Assembly: GCA_965247075.1 (NCBI GenBank)
Contig: CBDFGK010000001.1
Span: forward strand, 1,322 to 65,321
Reading direction: 5' to 3'
DNA: 64,000 nt
Origin: Halieaceae bacterium
GTDB taxonomy: Bacteria > Pseudomonadota > Gammaproteobacteria > Pseudomonadales > Halieaceae
The notes under the pieces were generated by a model, which was given only the letters and a program-made list of their open reading frames with translations, had not been told where the DNA came from and did not search any database. The position numbers and the translations under genes were made by a program. This document shows, piece after piece, positions 9,726 to 19,421 of this stretch; the stretch's first letter is position 1, and each line of letters starts with the position of its first letter.

Positions 9726-10336
9726 AATTGTTTACCTGCATCACAGTCGGCATCCTCCTCTTGCCATTCTATATAGCCAAGTCGGTAGCAGCGATGGAAG
9801 GAGATCACGCCATCGCCGCCATCGCGCTGGCGGCAAAACAACAAAATGTCACGCCGGTGCAACCCTGGGTCAGTACATTGCGCATTACCGACAACGACCA
9901 CACCCTGATTCGCCTTGCCGATGGCGCAGGACTCATGCGACGCCCTGAGCGAGCGTCCTCTTATAATGACGACAATTATGATGTGTCGCGGTTTTATAAA
10001 CCGGATTCGGTGCGCGTCAATACGGTGTGGCATTATGCTGGCCGCAAGGCGGGCGAGATTTTTTCGGTTGGTGTTGACAGCGGTTTTCACGCCAAGAAAA
10101 TAACCATCCGTCCTGCATTGTTTATCGGCTATGCGCGAAGTATGGAAGTTGGGCAGGGGAAGTATTTGACCTTTGCCGCAGGTGGTTGGATCGGCGGGCG
10201 GGTCACGCATAAAGCATGTCGTGATGAGTATGACAGGAAATATTATTGCGGCTCCCTAACAGCCTGGTCGGACTTCCGTCCGCAACGCGATGAGCTGCAA
10301 CACTATTACCGGTTTGTTTACAGGCATGAGTTTTAG
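9722..10336 (+). CDS. Secreted protein, possible small outer-membrane beta-barrel
   Basis: The ATGA start overlaps the S8 lipoprotein stop. It has a signal peptide (...AKSVA-AM), alternating aromatic/hydrophilic segments and a C-terminal ...YRHEF with terminal Phe. Confidence 0.5.
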   Translation: MKLFTCITVGILLLPFYIAKSVAAMEGDHAIAAIALAAKQQNVTPVQPWVSTLRITDNDHTLIRLADGAGLMRRPERASSYNDDNYDVSRFYKPDSVRVNTVWHYAGRKAGEIFSVGVDSGFHAKKITIRPALFIGYARSMEVGQGKYLTFAAGGWIGGRVTHKACRDEYDRKYYCGSLTAWSDFRPQRDELQHYYRFVYRHEF

Positions 10337-10538
10337 TGCGCGCTTTGTCATCGTCATCGCCACTGAGCCATCTGTAGTGCGTCGCAAACCGGTTGCGCGG
10401 TCATTCGCTTCGACAATAGCACGGCAGGGTGGCAGGGTTGTTTCCCGCCGCGTTGACAGGGCTATGCCATCCGGTACAAAGTAGGCGCCCCTGCCAGCCG
10501 GCACATAAACGCTACCAGCAAGAGATAACAGGAGCCCG

Positions 10539-11420
10539 TTGGTGATTTCAGCAGATATGCCATTTACCAAGCGCTACCGGGAAGTGAACGGGAAACAGAT
10601 AGCCTACCTCGATGAAGGCGGGGGGGCTGCCATTGTGCTGCTACATGGCAACCCGACATCATCCTATTTGTGGCGCAATGTCATTCCCGAATTGACCAGC
10701 AGCGGTCGGGTGATTGTGCCGGACCTGATTGGGCAAGGGGATTCTGACAAGCTGGATGCCAGTGAAGGGTCCGATCGTTACAGTTTTCAGGTGGCCTACG
10801 ACTATCTCAGCGGCTTGCTGGAGGCCCTGGGTGTAGACAGCAATGTCACCCTGGTGATGCATGACTGGGGCAGTGGCCTGGGTTTCCACTGGGCCAAAAA
10901 TCATCCCGCGGCGGTGCGTGGTATTGCCTATATGGAAGCTATTGTGGCACCACTTCGCTGGGACGATTGGCCCGCATCGGCACGGGGTATATTTATGGGC
11001 TTTCGATCAGACAAGGGCGAGGCAATGGTGCTTGAGCGCAATATGTTTGTAGAGGCAGTACTGCCTGGTGCTGTGTTGCGCGGCCTGACTGAGGCGGAGA
11101 TGGTGCACTACCGGGCGGCCTTCTCAACTGCCAATGACAGGCAGCCTACGCTGAACTGGCCGCGGCAGATCCCCATAGATGGCGAGCCGGCGCACATGGT
11201 GCAGTTGGTGCAGGAATACGGGCAATTTATGGCTGGCAGCGAACTGCCCAAATTATTTATCAATGCCGAGCCGGGATCAATCCTGGTGGGGCCGCAGCGC
11301 GAGTTTTGCCGGCGCTGGCCGAACCAGACCGAGGTCACGGTGGCCGGGGCGCATTTTGTTCAGGAAGATTCCCCGGTTGAGATTGGCCAGGCTGTCGCCG
11401 GCTGGCTCAGCAAACTATAG
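10539..11420 (+). CDS. Haloalkane dehalogenase (HLD-II, DhaA/LinB-like)
   Basis: HGNPTSSYLWRN, Asp nucleophile in MHDWGS and a C-terminal GAHFVQED His are present. The start is ambiguous (TTG 10539, GTG 10542 or ATG 10557). Confidence 0.9.
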   Translation: MVISADMPFTKRYREVNGKQIAYLDEGGGAAIVLLHGNPTSSYLWRNVIPELTSSGRVIVPDLIGQGDSDKLDASEGSDRYSFQVAYDYLSGLLEALGVDSNVTLVMHDWGSGLGFHWAKNHPAAVRGIAYMEAIVAPLRWDDWPASARGIFMGFRSDKGEAMVLERNMFVEAVLPGAVLRGLTEAEMVHYRAAFSTANDRQPTLNWPRQIPIDGEPAHMVQLVQEYGQFMAGSELPKLFINAEPGSILVGPQREFCRRWPNQTEVTVAGAHFVQEDSPVEIGQAVAGWLSKL

Positions 11421-11452
11421 AACACTTTTTCTTTCACTACTTTTGAGCGGCG

Positions 11453-12178
11453 TTATTGCCAGCCTGTGGCGATAAGCTCCGCTTCTTCAGTTCGGCCCAG
11501 CGGAATATCGGTGGAATTTACATCGATAAAGTTTGCCACAGTATCCGCACTCACAGCACCGGCTGTTTGGTAGCCAGCGCTTTCTCCGGCCAGGCCGGGG
11601 GTTTGTACCAGTAACTCGATGTCCCAGTTATCGTCGCGACGACAGGCAACCCCGCGCCAGGCTTCAGCGGCCTGTACCGCTATAAATTCACGGCACCAGG
11701 TTCCGCCGCTGCTGGCAAAACTCAACACGGGTCGTAGTTGCACGGAGTCTTGCACCGTATACCAACCCTTGGCTGTGGAGGGCTGCTGTTCGAGAATCTG
11801 GACGAATGCTGCTGATTCGGCGATATCTGGCACCATGAGGTTCGCGGGGCCACCGGCGCTCCAGCGCGGCCCATTGACCACGGCAATACCAGCCAGCAGG
11901 GAGGCGGCCACGGCCAGGCCCCAGCGCTGTTGCCGGCGCGGGCGCAGCGGCACAACCTGGTCATCTGGCTGAGACAGCATGGCGGTAATATGTTCCGACA
12001 CGCGTCCCTCGGCGGCGACCGAATCTCGCAGGGCCTGATCAATATGGAGAAGCTGCTCCAAGTGCGCAGACAGCTCGGAATCGCCCGCAAAACGTGCTTC
12101 TAACTGGGCCATCTGGGCCTGATTCAGCTCGCCGTCCAGATACTGGGAAATCAATTGGTGATCATTGTCAGTAATCAT
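11453..12178 (-). CDS. Anti-sigma factor (single-pass membrane protein)
   Basis: It has an N-terminal anti-sigma helix bundle (ISQYLDGELNQAQMAQLEARFAGDSELSAHLEQL), one TM segment (WGLAVAASLLAGIAVV) and a 4-nt overlap with the sigma gene. Confidence 0.8.
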   Translation of the reverse strand: MITDNDHQLISQYLDGELNQAQMAQLEARFAGDSELSAHLEQLLHIDQALRDSVAAEGRVSEHITAMLSQPDDQVVPLRPRRQQRWGLAVAASLLAGIAVVNGPRWSAGGPANLMVPDIAESAAFVQILEQQPSTAKGWYTVQDSVQLRPVLSFASSGGTWCREFIAVQAAEAWRGVACRRDDNWDIELLVQTPGLAGESAGYQTAGAVSADTVANFIDVNSTDIPLGRTEEAELIATGWQ

Positions 12179-12702
12179 TGCTCTGTCCTGTCTCCGTCGC
12201 TGGCAAATCGTATCGTGAGGGTTTTTCTGGCCCTGGCGACGCGACTCATTATCGTGCCTACCGGTATCTGCATTATCTCCGCAGCTTCCAGGTAACTTTT
12301 GCCTTCTATTGCCACAAGGCTCAGCGCCATGCGTTGTTCTTCAGGTAGCTTAGAGACAGCGATCATTACCGAACGCACCTTTAATTCGCCGCTGGCGACT
12401 TGCTCAAGGCTGGCGCTACCGGCTGGGTCTTCTACTACCATATGCGCCATACGTACTCGAACCTCGCGAAAGCGCAATTCATCTATCCATATGTTCTTAC
12501 ACACCCTGAAGGCCCATTTCCCAGGGTGTGCATCGCCGGGCATTCCCTTCGTTAGCAGCCGCTCTATGGTTGCCTGTAGCAAATCATCAGCGTCCGCAGC
12601 CTGGCCAACAAGGGACATGCAAAATCGGCGCAAAGCGGGCAGTTCAGACAATACAACCTGCCGCTGTGTATCAGTTAATTTTCCCTTCGGCATCCTGCTC
12701 AC
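12175..12702 (-). CDS. ECF-type RNA polymerase sigma-70 family factor
   Basis: Region 2 is FRVCKNIWIDELR. Region 4 HTH is LPEEQRMALSLVAIEGKSYLEAAEIMQIPVGTIMSRVARARKTL. The start is GTG 12702 or ATG 12693. Confidence 0.9.
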   Translation of the reverse strand: MSRMPKGKLTDTQRQVVLSELPALRRFCMSLVGQAADADDLLQATIERLLTKGMPGDAHPGKWAFRVCKNIWIDELRFREVRVRMAHMVVEDPAGSASLEQVASGELKVRSVMIAVSKLPEEQRMALSLVAIEGKSYLEAAEIMQIPVGTIMSRVARARKTLTIRFASDGDRTEQ

Positions 12703-12743
12703 ATGGGGTAGACGGTTAAAGGGGGGATTTTATTCCAAAAAAA

Positions 12744-12768
12744 GAACTTAATCAGGTGCTGAATCGTT
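12744..12768 (+). promoter_or_regulatory. Candidate ECF-type promoter (GAAC-N17-CGTT) upstream of the acidic-repeat S8 peptidase gene
   Basis: GAACttaatcaggtgctgaatCGTT lies about 36 nt upstream of ATG 12804. It fits the general ECF -35 AAC / -10 CGT pattern. Confidence 0.35.
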
Positions 12769-12803
12769 ACTATATAGAGATTGGAAGAAATCCTATATAA
12801 TCG

Positions 12804-14474
12804 ATGCCTATGCAACACCGAAAACCAGCCATATTGAGCCGCTTTCGCACTGCCAGGGGGACATCTTCGGATGTGGCCTGTCGCATTGCGCTGGCACTCG
12901 CCCTGTTTCTCCCGGGTACTCTTGGGCAGGCGGCGCGCACTAATCTGGATGACCTGTTTCAGGAGGCCCTGGAGAAACGTGCGCAGGCACTTCTGGAGGC
13001 CGAGCTGGAAAGTGAGATTGAAGAGGAAGTGGAAGAAGCGGTTGAGGAAGACATCGCTGAGGAAATAGAGGACACGGTAGAGGAAGAAGTTGCCGATAAC
13101 GTGGAAGACGCGATACAGGAAGAAATCGAAGATACGCTTGAAGAAGAGATTGCCGAGTCAGTAGAGGACGTTATCGAGGAGCGTATCGCCGAAGACTTTG
13201 AAGAGGCAATTGAAGAGGGCATTACCGACGCGGTTGAAGAGAATATTGAAGAGAGCATTGCCGTAGCAGTAGAAGAGGATCTTGACGAAAGTATTGAGTC
13301 CTATGCGGAACAGTCGGTGGAAGAGGCGATAGAAGACAGCGTCCTCGACACGGTAATTGAATCTATTATCGATTCCACTGAAGAGCAGTTGGAAGCGCGT
13401 ATGGATGCCTCCGAGCACCGTCTCAGCAAGCAGGAATGGCTGGTGATGGCAGAAGAAGAGGCACTGCAGGCGCTGGCGGAGCACGGCTACGTTTTTGATC
13501 GTGTTACCCGGCTCGATGGGCTGGGCCTGCAGTTGGCAGAGGTGTCTGCCCCGGCCAGTTTTGATATCTCCGAAGTACGAGACGGCATTCTCGATGTTAT
13601 TGGCAGTAATTTTGCGCAGGTTGATATCAACCACCTGTATACCGCGGGCAGCCCGGTTGTCTCGGCCGACGACAGCGGTTACGCCCTCCAGGCGGTGATG
13701 GATTTCCCCGCGGATACCCTGGCGATGCCACTGCGCATTGGCATGATCGATACCTCGGTTAACACGCAACACGAAGCCTTCGGCGGCTCGGCGATCCAGA
13801 GCAAGCATTTCGGGCCGCACAGCGGCGCTGATACCCCCACATTTCACGGCACGGCCATTGCCTCCATGCTGAGTGCCAATTCGACTGATTACATGGGTAT
13901 TGCACCCAGTAGCCGGCTTTATGCAGCCTCGGTATTTGAGAAAGACCGCAGCAGGGGTGAGGTGGCTTCCACTGCCAGCCTGGTCAAGGCTTTGGATTGG
14001 CTGACCCGGGAAAAGGTTGAGGTCATTAATATCAGTTTGGCGGGGCCGCCCAATCGACTTCTTGAGGAGGTGCTGGCGCGCGTCTCCCAGCGGGGCATAC
14101 CGGTGCTCGCCGCAGCGGGCAATGCTGGCCCGGCTTCAGCGCCACTGTATCCGGCAGCTTATGACTCCGTGGCTGCTATTACTGCCGTTGAGGCGGATGG
14201 CCGTGTGTTCCGTCTCGCCAATCGCGGTGAGTATCTGGATCTGGCTGCACCGGGTGTAGACATCCGCCACGCGAATAGCGAAGGTGGCTACCGTGTATCT
14301 TCGGGTACGTCCTTTGCCGTTCCGTTTGCCTCGGTAGCGGTGGCGCGTTTGCGGGTTCAGCAACCGGGCCGGGATGCCCTGGCAGAGTTATATCAATCTG
14401 CTCTGGATTTAGGTCCGCCGGGCAAAGACAGCATATACGGCTATGGCCTGCTAAACCTGGAAGCTCCCCGGTAA
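12804..14474 (+). CDS. Secreted S8 (subtilisin-family) serine peptidase with a long poly-acidic repeat region
   Basis: It has a signal peptide. The catalytic motifs are D (IGMIDTS), H (FHGTAIAS), N (AAAGNAG) and S (SSGTSFAVP). Residues ~66-196 are Glu/Asp-rich 8-residue repeats. Confidence 0.9.
   Translation: MPMQHRKPAILSRFRTARGTSSDVACRIALALALFLPGTLGQAARTNLDDLFQEALEKRAQALLEAELESEIEEEVEEAVEEDIAEEIEDTVEEEVADNVEDAIQEEIEDTLEEEIAESVEDVIEERIAEDFEEAIEEGITDAVEENIEESIAVAVEEDLDESIESYAEQSVEEAIEDSVLDTVIESIIDSTEEQLEARMDASEHRLSKQEWLVMAEEEALQALAEHGYVFDRVTRLDGLGLQLAEVSAPASFDISEVRDGILDVIGSNFAQVDINHLYTAGSPVVSADDSGYALQAVMDFPADTLAMPLRIGMIDTSVNTQHEAFGGSAIQSKHFGPHSGADTPTFHGTAIASMLSANSTDYMGIAPSSRLYAASVFEKDRSRGEVASTASLVKALDWLTREKVEVINISLAGPPNRLLEEVLARVSQRGIPVLAAAGNAGPASAPLYPAAYDSVAAITAVEADGRVFRLANRGEYLDLAAPGVDIRHANSEGGYRVSSGTSFAVPFASVAVARLRVQQPGRDALAELYQSALDLGPPGKDSIYGYGLLNLEAPR
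12999..13391 (+). repeat. About 16 imperfect 24-nt (8-codon) periodic units encoding an acidic amphipathic segment
   Basis: EEIEDTVE EEVADNVE DAIQEEIE DTLEEEIA ESVEDVIE ERIAEDFE EAIEEGIT DAVEENIE ... There is a hydrophobic residue every 4th position. Confidence 0.8.
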
Positions 14475-14482
14475 ATCGCCGG

Positions 14483-15430
14483 CTACCAGCGATAAACGAA
14501 TAGACTGCCCACTACGTGCTGGCGGTAGGTAGCTCTAGGCAGGTTTGAATCATAGTCGCTTAATTTGTAGTAAAACAGAACAGCGGCATCGTCCAGTACT
14601 GGAATTTCCAGGTCCATCTCCCAGCGATGACGATCATCAGCCCGATCCTGTTGAATGCTGGGCGTAGGGGAGCGGTAATCACGGTCTTCATAGCGCCACG
14701 CCAGCTCCAGTTTGGCTAATCGTTCGAACAACTGAAAGCGCTGGATATAGCGCAGTTTTACGCTATTTGACTTGTAGTCAAAGCGATCTGCATTGGCATC
14801 TTCATTTTTGTAGCGATAGCCGACATTGAAATAACTGCGTAAGCCGCGCCGAAACCAGTATAAATCCAGCTCCCCGGCATCCGTGTCGGCGTCCCTGGCG
14901 CCGCGATTGACGATCTCCTTATCGGTGTAGACGTAGGCAGCGCGAGCATATAATCTCTTCGACAGGAACGTGGAGGCATAGGGAGATGTCCTCTTCATGG
15001 TCATGAAATCATCGTTATCCAGTAGTGAATCTATGTAGTAGTAGCTGACGCCAATATCGACGGTTTTGACTTTGTGTTTGAGATCAGCGGACAACATGTG
15101 TGTCTGGCGGTTCAGGTTTGAAAACCCGGCGTACAGGGTTTGTGTGAAATCGTATCCCAGCGAGAGTTCAGCGCCGCCGTTAAACTCATGCTGATATTCC
15201 AATTGAGCGCCCAGCAGCGCCGCCTGGTCACTCTGCTCGCTGGCGGCATCGACTTCATCCACCGACACGTTGGTGTCGTACTCGGTGCCCACCCGTACCT
15301 CAGCCGAGAGCGAACTATGAGCATTGCCATTGCCGTTTTCATTGCTGTCGCTATCTGGCGGCGCTTGGGCAGACGCTGCCTTGGCTACCAGTAACACCAG
15401 CAGGTTGCTTATCAGGATGGCTTTTCGCAT
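14483..15430 (-). CDS. Outer-membrane beta-barrel protein (family uncertain)
   Basis: It has a signal peptide ...AASAQA, amphipathic beta-strand periodicity rich in Y/R/D, and a C-terminal ...LFVYRW aromatic terminus. Confidence 0.7.
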   Translation of the reverse strand: MRKAILISNLLVLLVAKAASAQAPPDSDSNENGNGNAHSSLSAEVRVGTEYDTNVSVDEVDAASEQSDQAALLGAQLEYQHEFNGGAELSLGYDFTQTLYAGFSNLNRQTHMLSADLKHKVKTVDIGVSYYYIDSLLDNDDFMTMKRTSPYASTFLSKRLYARAAYVYTDKEIVNRGARDADTDAGELDLYWFRRGLRSYFNVGYRYKNEDANADRFDYKSNSVKLRYIQRFQLFERLAKLELAWRYEDRDYRSPTPSIQQDRADDRHRWEMDLEIPVLDDAAVLFYYKLSDYDSNLPRATYRQHVVGSLFVYRW

Positions 15431-15439
15431 AAAAAGGGC

Positions 15440-15628
15440 TTAGTTCACTACCTTGCGGCGCTGAAATTCCACCAGTGCCCAGAGGATATTACTGCTGCTC
15501 ACCTGCCCCACCAGCGGGCCATCCAGAATTACCGGGCGTCGACGCCGGCGCGAGTCCAGCATGGATTGCGCCACCTCGACGATGCCAATGGCACCTGGGC
15601 CGTCGATGATCGTGGTAGGTCTGGGCAT
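15440..15628 (-). CDS. Small hypothetical protein (CBS-domain-like fragment?)
   Basis: 62 aa. A good SD (GAGGAG) sits 7 nt upstream of the ATG, and the ORF lies 9 nt upstream of the OMP gene. PVILDGPLVGQVSSSNIL resembles half of a CBS domain. Confidence 0.35.
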   Translation of the reverse strand: MPRPTTIIDGPGAIGIVEVAQSMLDSRRRRRPVILDGPLVGQVSSSNILWALVEFQRRKVVN

Positions 15629-15742
15629 GGTCTCGCTCCTCGTTGAGTCAGTGCTACAGAACTGACAGATTACCAGACTGGGTACGAATTTTTGTATCCT
15701 CTGTACTGTGCGCCGAACTGCATTACTTTAGGCTGGTGCACT

Positions 15743-16300
15743 ATGAAAAATAATAACTCGCTCAGTATCGCCATAATTGGCGCAGGCCCCGCCGGCATTG
15801 CTGCCGGTCACGCATTGCTCAAGCAGGGCATCACCAGGTTCACCATATTTGATGAACAGAACGCCCCCGGAGGGACTTGGAATTTACATTCCTATCCCGG
15901 CCTGGCCTGTGATGTGTGGGCGCATTCTTATACCTTTTCCTACGCGCCAAATCCAGACTGGTCGGCGAGTTTTGTGGATCAACCGGAAATTCAACAATAC
16001 CTGGCGCGCTGTGCCGGCGAATTTGGACTGGATTCTGACGATTTTTACCAGTCCCTCAATCAGGACCATGTGGAATTGGTACACGACGGTTTACAGCGAG
16101 TAACGACGAATGGGCTGGTGACGTCGCAGGGACGTGATATCGACGTCGATGTGATTATCTATGCTACCGGCTATCGAATTCTCGATTTTGATCGCATCGA
16201 TGTGGTGGGGGAAGGAGGGCATTCCCAGGCAGCTTCAAGGAGTATTGCCAGATCCATGAGCAGGGTGGGCTGCACGAGTACAATACCAGCGCCTGACCCG
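15743..16300 (+). pseudogene. Relic of a flavin-dependent (Baeyer-Villiger/FMO-type) monooxygenase with an internal deletion
   Basis: The N-terminus has the FAD motif IIGAGPAGIAAG...GGTW...PDWSASF...EIQQYL. It joins directly to a late segment DVDVIIYATGYRILDF..IDVVGEGG. The NADPH-binding middle is missing. The rest of track ORF 15692..16990 is antisense to the thiolase gene. Confidence 0.6.
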
Positions 16301-16344
16301 GTGCTTCCAGGTCTATTGAAAAGAGCTTATTCATGTGGCTTCCG

Positions 16345-17529
16345 TCAGGAATTGATCTCGAACAGGCCCGCTGCGCCCATGCCGCCACCGATGCACATGG
16401 TGACAACACCATACCTGGCGCCACGTCTGCGACCTTCGATTAACAGGTGCCCGGTCATACGTGAACCCGACATGCCAAAGGGGTGGCCAATGGAGACTGA
16501 ACCGCCGTTGACGTTCAATTTGTCAGCCGGAATTCCCAAGGTAACCCTGGAGTACAGAACCTGGCAGGCAAAGGCTTCGTTTAATTCCCACAAATCGATA
16601 TCGTCTACACTGAGACCCATCTGCTTGAGCAGCTTGGGCACAGCATATACCGGGCCGATGCCCATTTCGTCCGGTTCACAGCCGCCGACAGCAAAACCCC
16701 GGAAAGTGCCGAGAATATCCAGGCCACGCTCTTCTGCGAGCCGGCGTTCCATGAGGATTTGGCAGGCAGCGCCGTCGGACAGTTGTGAGGCATTGCCCGC
16801 CGTAATGAAGTTGCCTTCACCGCGTACCGGTTGCAGACCCGCCAGGCCTACCAGGGTCGTAGTGGGGCGGTTGCACTCATCCTTGTTTACCACAACGTCC
16901 TGTTCGGAAGTTTCACCGCTTTCCTTGTCGGTGAGGGTCATGGTGGTGGCAACTGAAATGATTTCATCGTCAAACTTGCCCGACTGTTGACCGGCGGCGG
17001 TGCGCATCTGGCTTTCCAGTGCATATTCGTCCTGGTATTCACGGGAGATGTTGTAACGCTGAGCGACAATATCGGCGGTTTCTATCATGGGCATATAGAG
17101 GCCCGGAAACTGTTCGAACAGTTCAGCGTCAACTATGTGGGTGCGGTTCATGTGTGGTGCGACCATGGATATACTCTCAACACCGCCGGCGGCCATCACG
17201 TCTACACCTTCAACGATAATACGACCGGCGGCAGAGGCGATCGCCTGCAGGCCAGAGGAGCAGAAGCGGTTGATGGTGGTACCGGAGGTGGACGTCGGGC
17301 AGCCGGCCTTGAGGGCTATATTTCGGGCGACATTCATACCGTTGGCACCCTCTGGGTTGGCACAACCGAAAATAGTGTCGTCAATTTCAGCGGGGTCGAG
17401 CCTGGCCCGTTCGATGGCCGCTTGCATGGCATGGGCACCCATGGTGGCGCTGTTGGTATTGTTGAAGCCACCGCGAAATGACTTTGCCATGCCGGTTCTG
17501 GCGGTAGCTACGATAACTGCTTCTCTCAT
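16345..17529 (-). CDS. Acetyl-CoA C-acyltransferase (thiolase)
   Basis: Motifs are [20 protein letters not shown], the Cys nucleophile in [26 protein letters not shown] and CIGGGMG. The start was moved to ATG 17529, which has a GAGGAA SD. Confidence 0.93.
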   Translation of the reverse strand: MREAVIVATARTGMAKSFRGGFNNTNSATMGAHAMQAAIERARLDPAEIDDTIFGCANPEGANGMNVARNIALKAGCPTSTSGTTINRFCSSGLQAIASAAGRIIVEGVDVMAAGGVESISMVAPHMNRTHIVDAELFEQFPGLYMPMIETADIVAQRYNISREYQDEYALESQMRTAAGQQSGKFDDEIISVATTMTLTDKESGETSEQDVVVNKDECNRPTTTLVGLAGLQPVRGEGNFITAGNASQLSDGAACQILMERRLAEERGLDILGTFRGFAVGGCEPDEMGIGPVYAVPKLLKQMGLSVDDIDLWELNEAFACQVLYSRVTLGIPADKLNVNGGSVSIGHPFGMSGSRMTGHLLIEGRRRGARYGVVTMCIGGGMGAAGLFEINS

Positions 17530-17891
17530 GATAATTCCTCGCTGGTGTGACTGATGTAGCCATTGCTGTGATTCAGGGGCGACAGTGTAAGTGAGATTAG
17601 CCCGAACTGCCATTTGTGAGAGACGTGATGTTTTTACACGAATCACCCTCAAATGGTTGACAGCCTGGGCGGGGATAATATCCAGTGTGCGCTGAGTGTA
17701 TGCAGCGGATTGCAGATGGTACAGGAATTTGAAGACCTGGGAGGTTCCTCTTTCAGTAACCCCTCCCTGTTCAGGCGCTGGGCCAGTTCCCTGATGATTC
17801 GCCGGTTGTCCGGTGCCAATCGTCGCGAGCGCCGGTGAACTACATCGAATCGAATATTTTCACCAAATTGAAGATCCCTACAGCTACCCGG

Positions 17892-19421
17892 CTAATAGAT
17901 CTTCAGTCGGAAGCCTGCCCTTCTCAGTTGGGATTTCTCGCCGCGCAGTTCAAAAACTGTCAGCGGATGCTCCCGCAACCAGTGCTCGGGGAATTGCAAG
18001 ACGATGGTATTGTCCCTGGCGGCAGCGTGAAATTCCGGCAAAAATTCCAATTGCTCCACGTATTTGAACAGGTTGGCCTGGCGCAGCAATATGATCATGC
18101 GCAGCAGGTGGGTACTGTCCAGTTCAGTCATGGTTGCGAAGCTGCTCAGGGGTAACTTGTGGCGGTGACAAAGTACCAGCATGGCCAGGGTTGCCTGCTC
18201 CTCCTGGGAAAATCCGGGTAGGTCGGCGTTGCGCAACAGGTAGGCGCCGTGCCGGTTGTAGTGCTTGTGGGATATGACCATGCCAATTTCGTGGCTGCGG
18301 GCGGCCCAGCGCAACAACTCCCAGTCGCTGCGTTGCAGTTGCCAGGCTTTGCGCGTGGCCAGGTAGAGAATGCGTGCCCGCCGTTCCACCGTGGCGGCGA
18401 TTTTAGTGTCTGCACTGTAGCGCTGCATGAGGGCGTTGATGGTGCGTTCGCGCACATCCTCATGGGAGAGGCGTCCCAAAAGATCATAGATCACACCCTC
18501 TCGCAGTGCGCCGGGACTGGAGCGCATAATTTCAATGTTGAGTTCGTCGAATATCGCTGCGGTAATAGCCACTCCGGAAAGAATAACGTTGCGTCGGTTT
18601 TCGCCGAGATTTTCGATGACTATGTTCTCGATATTGTCAAAGGCCAGCAGTGCCTCTTCGAGGCAGGCGAGACCGCTGCGAGTAATGCCGGCCTCGCTCC
18701 AGCCGAAGTTCTGCAAAATCGCCTCAATGGCCTGCAGGGTGCCGGAGGAGCCCACTGCTTCCTGCCAGTGTGCCCTGTGGTAACGGTGACGAATGTGTGA
18801 CACTTCCAGTCGCGCTGCTGCGTAGGCGCGCCGGTAGCGCTTGCGGGTTATTTTGCCCTCCTTGAAGAACGTGCGATTGTACGCGACACAACCCATTTGC
18901 AGGCTTTCCCTTTGCTGTGGCTCGAAGCGTTGACCGACGATAAACTCAGTGCTGCCGCCGCCGATATCGATGACCAGGCGGGAGTATTCATCATCGGCCA
19001 GGGTGTGTGCCACGCCCAGATAAATCAGGCGCGCTTCTTCCCGTCCATAGATGACGTTAACGCGTACTGACAGCAGAGCCTCTGCGCGCCGCGTAAACTC
19101 GTGTCGATTGCGCGCTTGTCGCAAGGCGTTGGTGCCAACAATGCGGATGCGAAAGGGAGTGACGCTGTCCAGCACCTGCTTGAAGCGCGACAGGCAATCG
19201 AGACCGCGTTGAATGGCGCCCTCATCCAGAATACCGTTGTGCAGACCCGCCCCCAACTGAACTTTTTCGCTGAGAGTCTCCACCGTACGCACTTCGTTGT
19301 GTTCCAGTTTGGCAATGATGAGATGAAAACTGTTCGAGCCGAGATCGATGGCGGCAAATACTGCTCCTTCGGGTATGTCGGGAGCGTCTTCGGAATTGTC
19401 AGTGCTGCTCTTTTCCTGCAT
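17892..19421 (-). CDS. ppx: Exopolyphosphatase / guanosine pentaphosphate phosphohydrolase (Ppx/GppA family)
   Basis: It has the ASKHA-fold motifs AAIDLGSNSFHL and VIDIGGGSTEF, plus a C-terminal HD-like region. Confidence 0.9.
   Translation of the reverse strand: MQEKSSTDNSEDAPDIPEGAVFAAIDLGSNSFHLIIAKLEHNEVRTVETLSEKVQLGAGLHNGILDEGAIQRGLDCLSRFKQVLDSVTPFRIRIVGTNALRQARNRHEFTRRAEALLSVRVNVIYGREEARLIYLGVAHTLADDEYSRLVIDIGGGSTEFIVGQRFEPQQRESLQMGCVAYNRTFFKEGKITRKRYRRAYAAARLEVSHIRHRYHRAHWQEAVGSSGTLQAIEAILQNFGWSEAGITRSGLACLEEALLAFDNIENIVIENLGENRRNVILSGVAITAAIFDELNIEIMRSSPGALREGVIYDLLGRLSHEDVRERTINALMQRYSADTKIAATVERRARILYLATRKAWQLQRSDWELLRWAARSHEIGMVISHKHYNRHGAYLLRNADLPGFSQEEQATLAMLVLCHRHKLPLSSFATMTELDSTHLLRMIILLRQANLFKYVEQLEFLPEFHAAARDNTIVLQFPEHWLREHPLTVFELRGEKSQLRRAGFRLKIY

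Noticed and set aside
12959-13258. Ser-rich 99-aa ORF on the minus strand
   Set aside because: It is the mirror image of the GAA/GAG-rich acidic repeat of the S8 peptidase gene and has no independent support.
15692-16990. 432-aa ORF that looks like a large gene
   Set aside because: Only the first ~185 codons resemble a protein (the monooxygenase relic). From about 16300 onward it is Pro/Ser/Arg-rich and exactly antisense to a well-supported thiolase gene (16345-17529).
16345-17652. Extended N-termini offered by the ORF track for several genes (16345-17652, 43490-44902, 26029-27033, 50666-51931, 19604-20188)
   Set aside because: Internal ATGs with SD sequences coincide with the conserved family N-termini (MREAVIV..., MSEAWII..., MDDLALS..., MLPREFT...). 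The extensions overlap neighbouring genes or are low-complexity.
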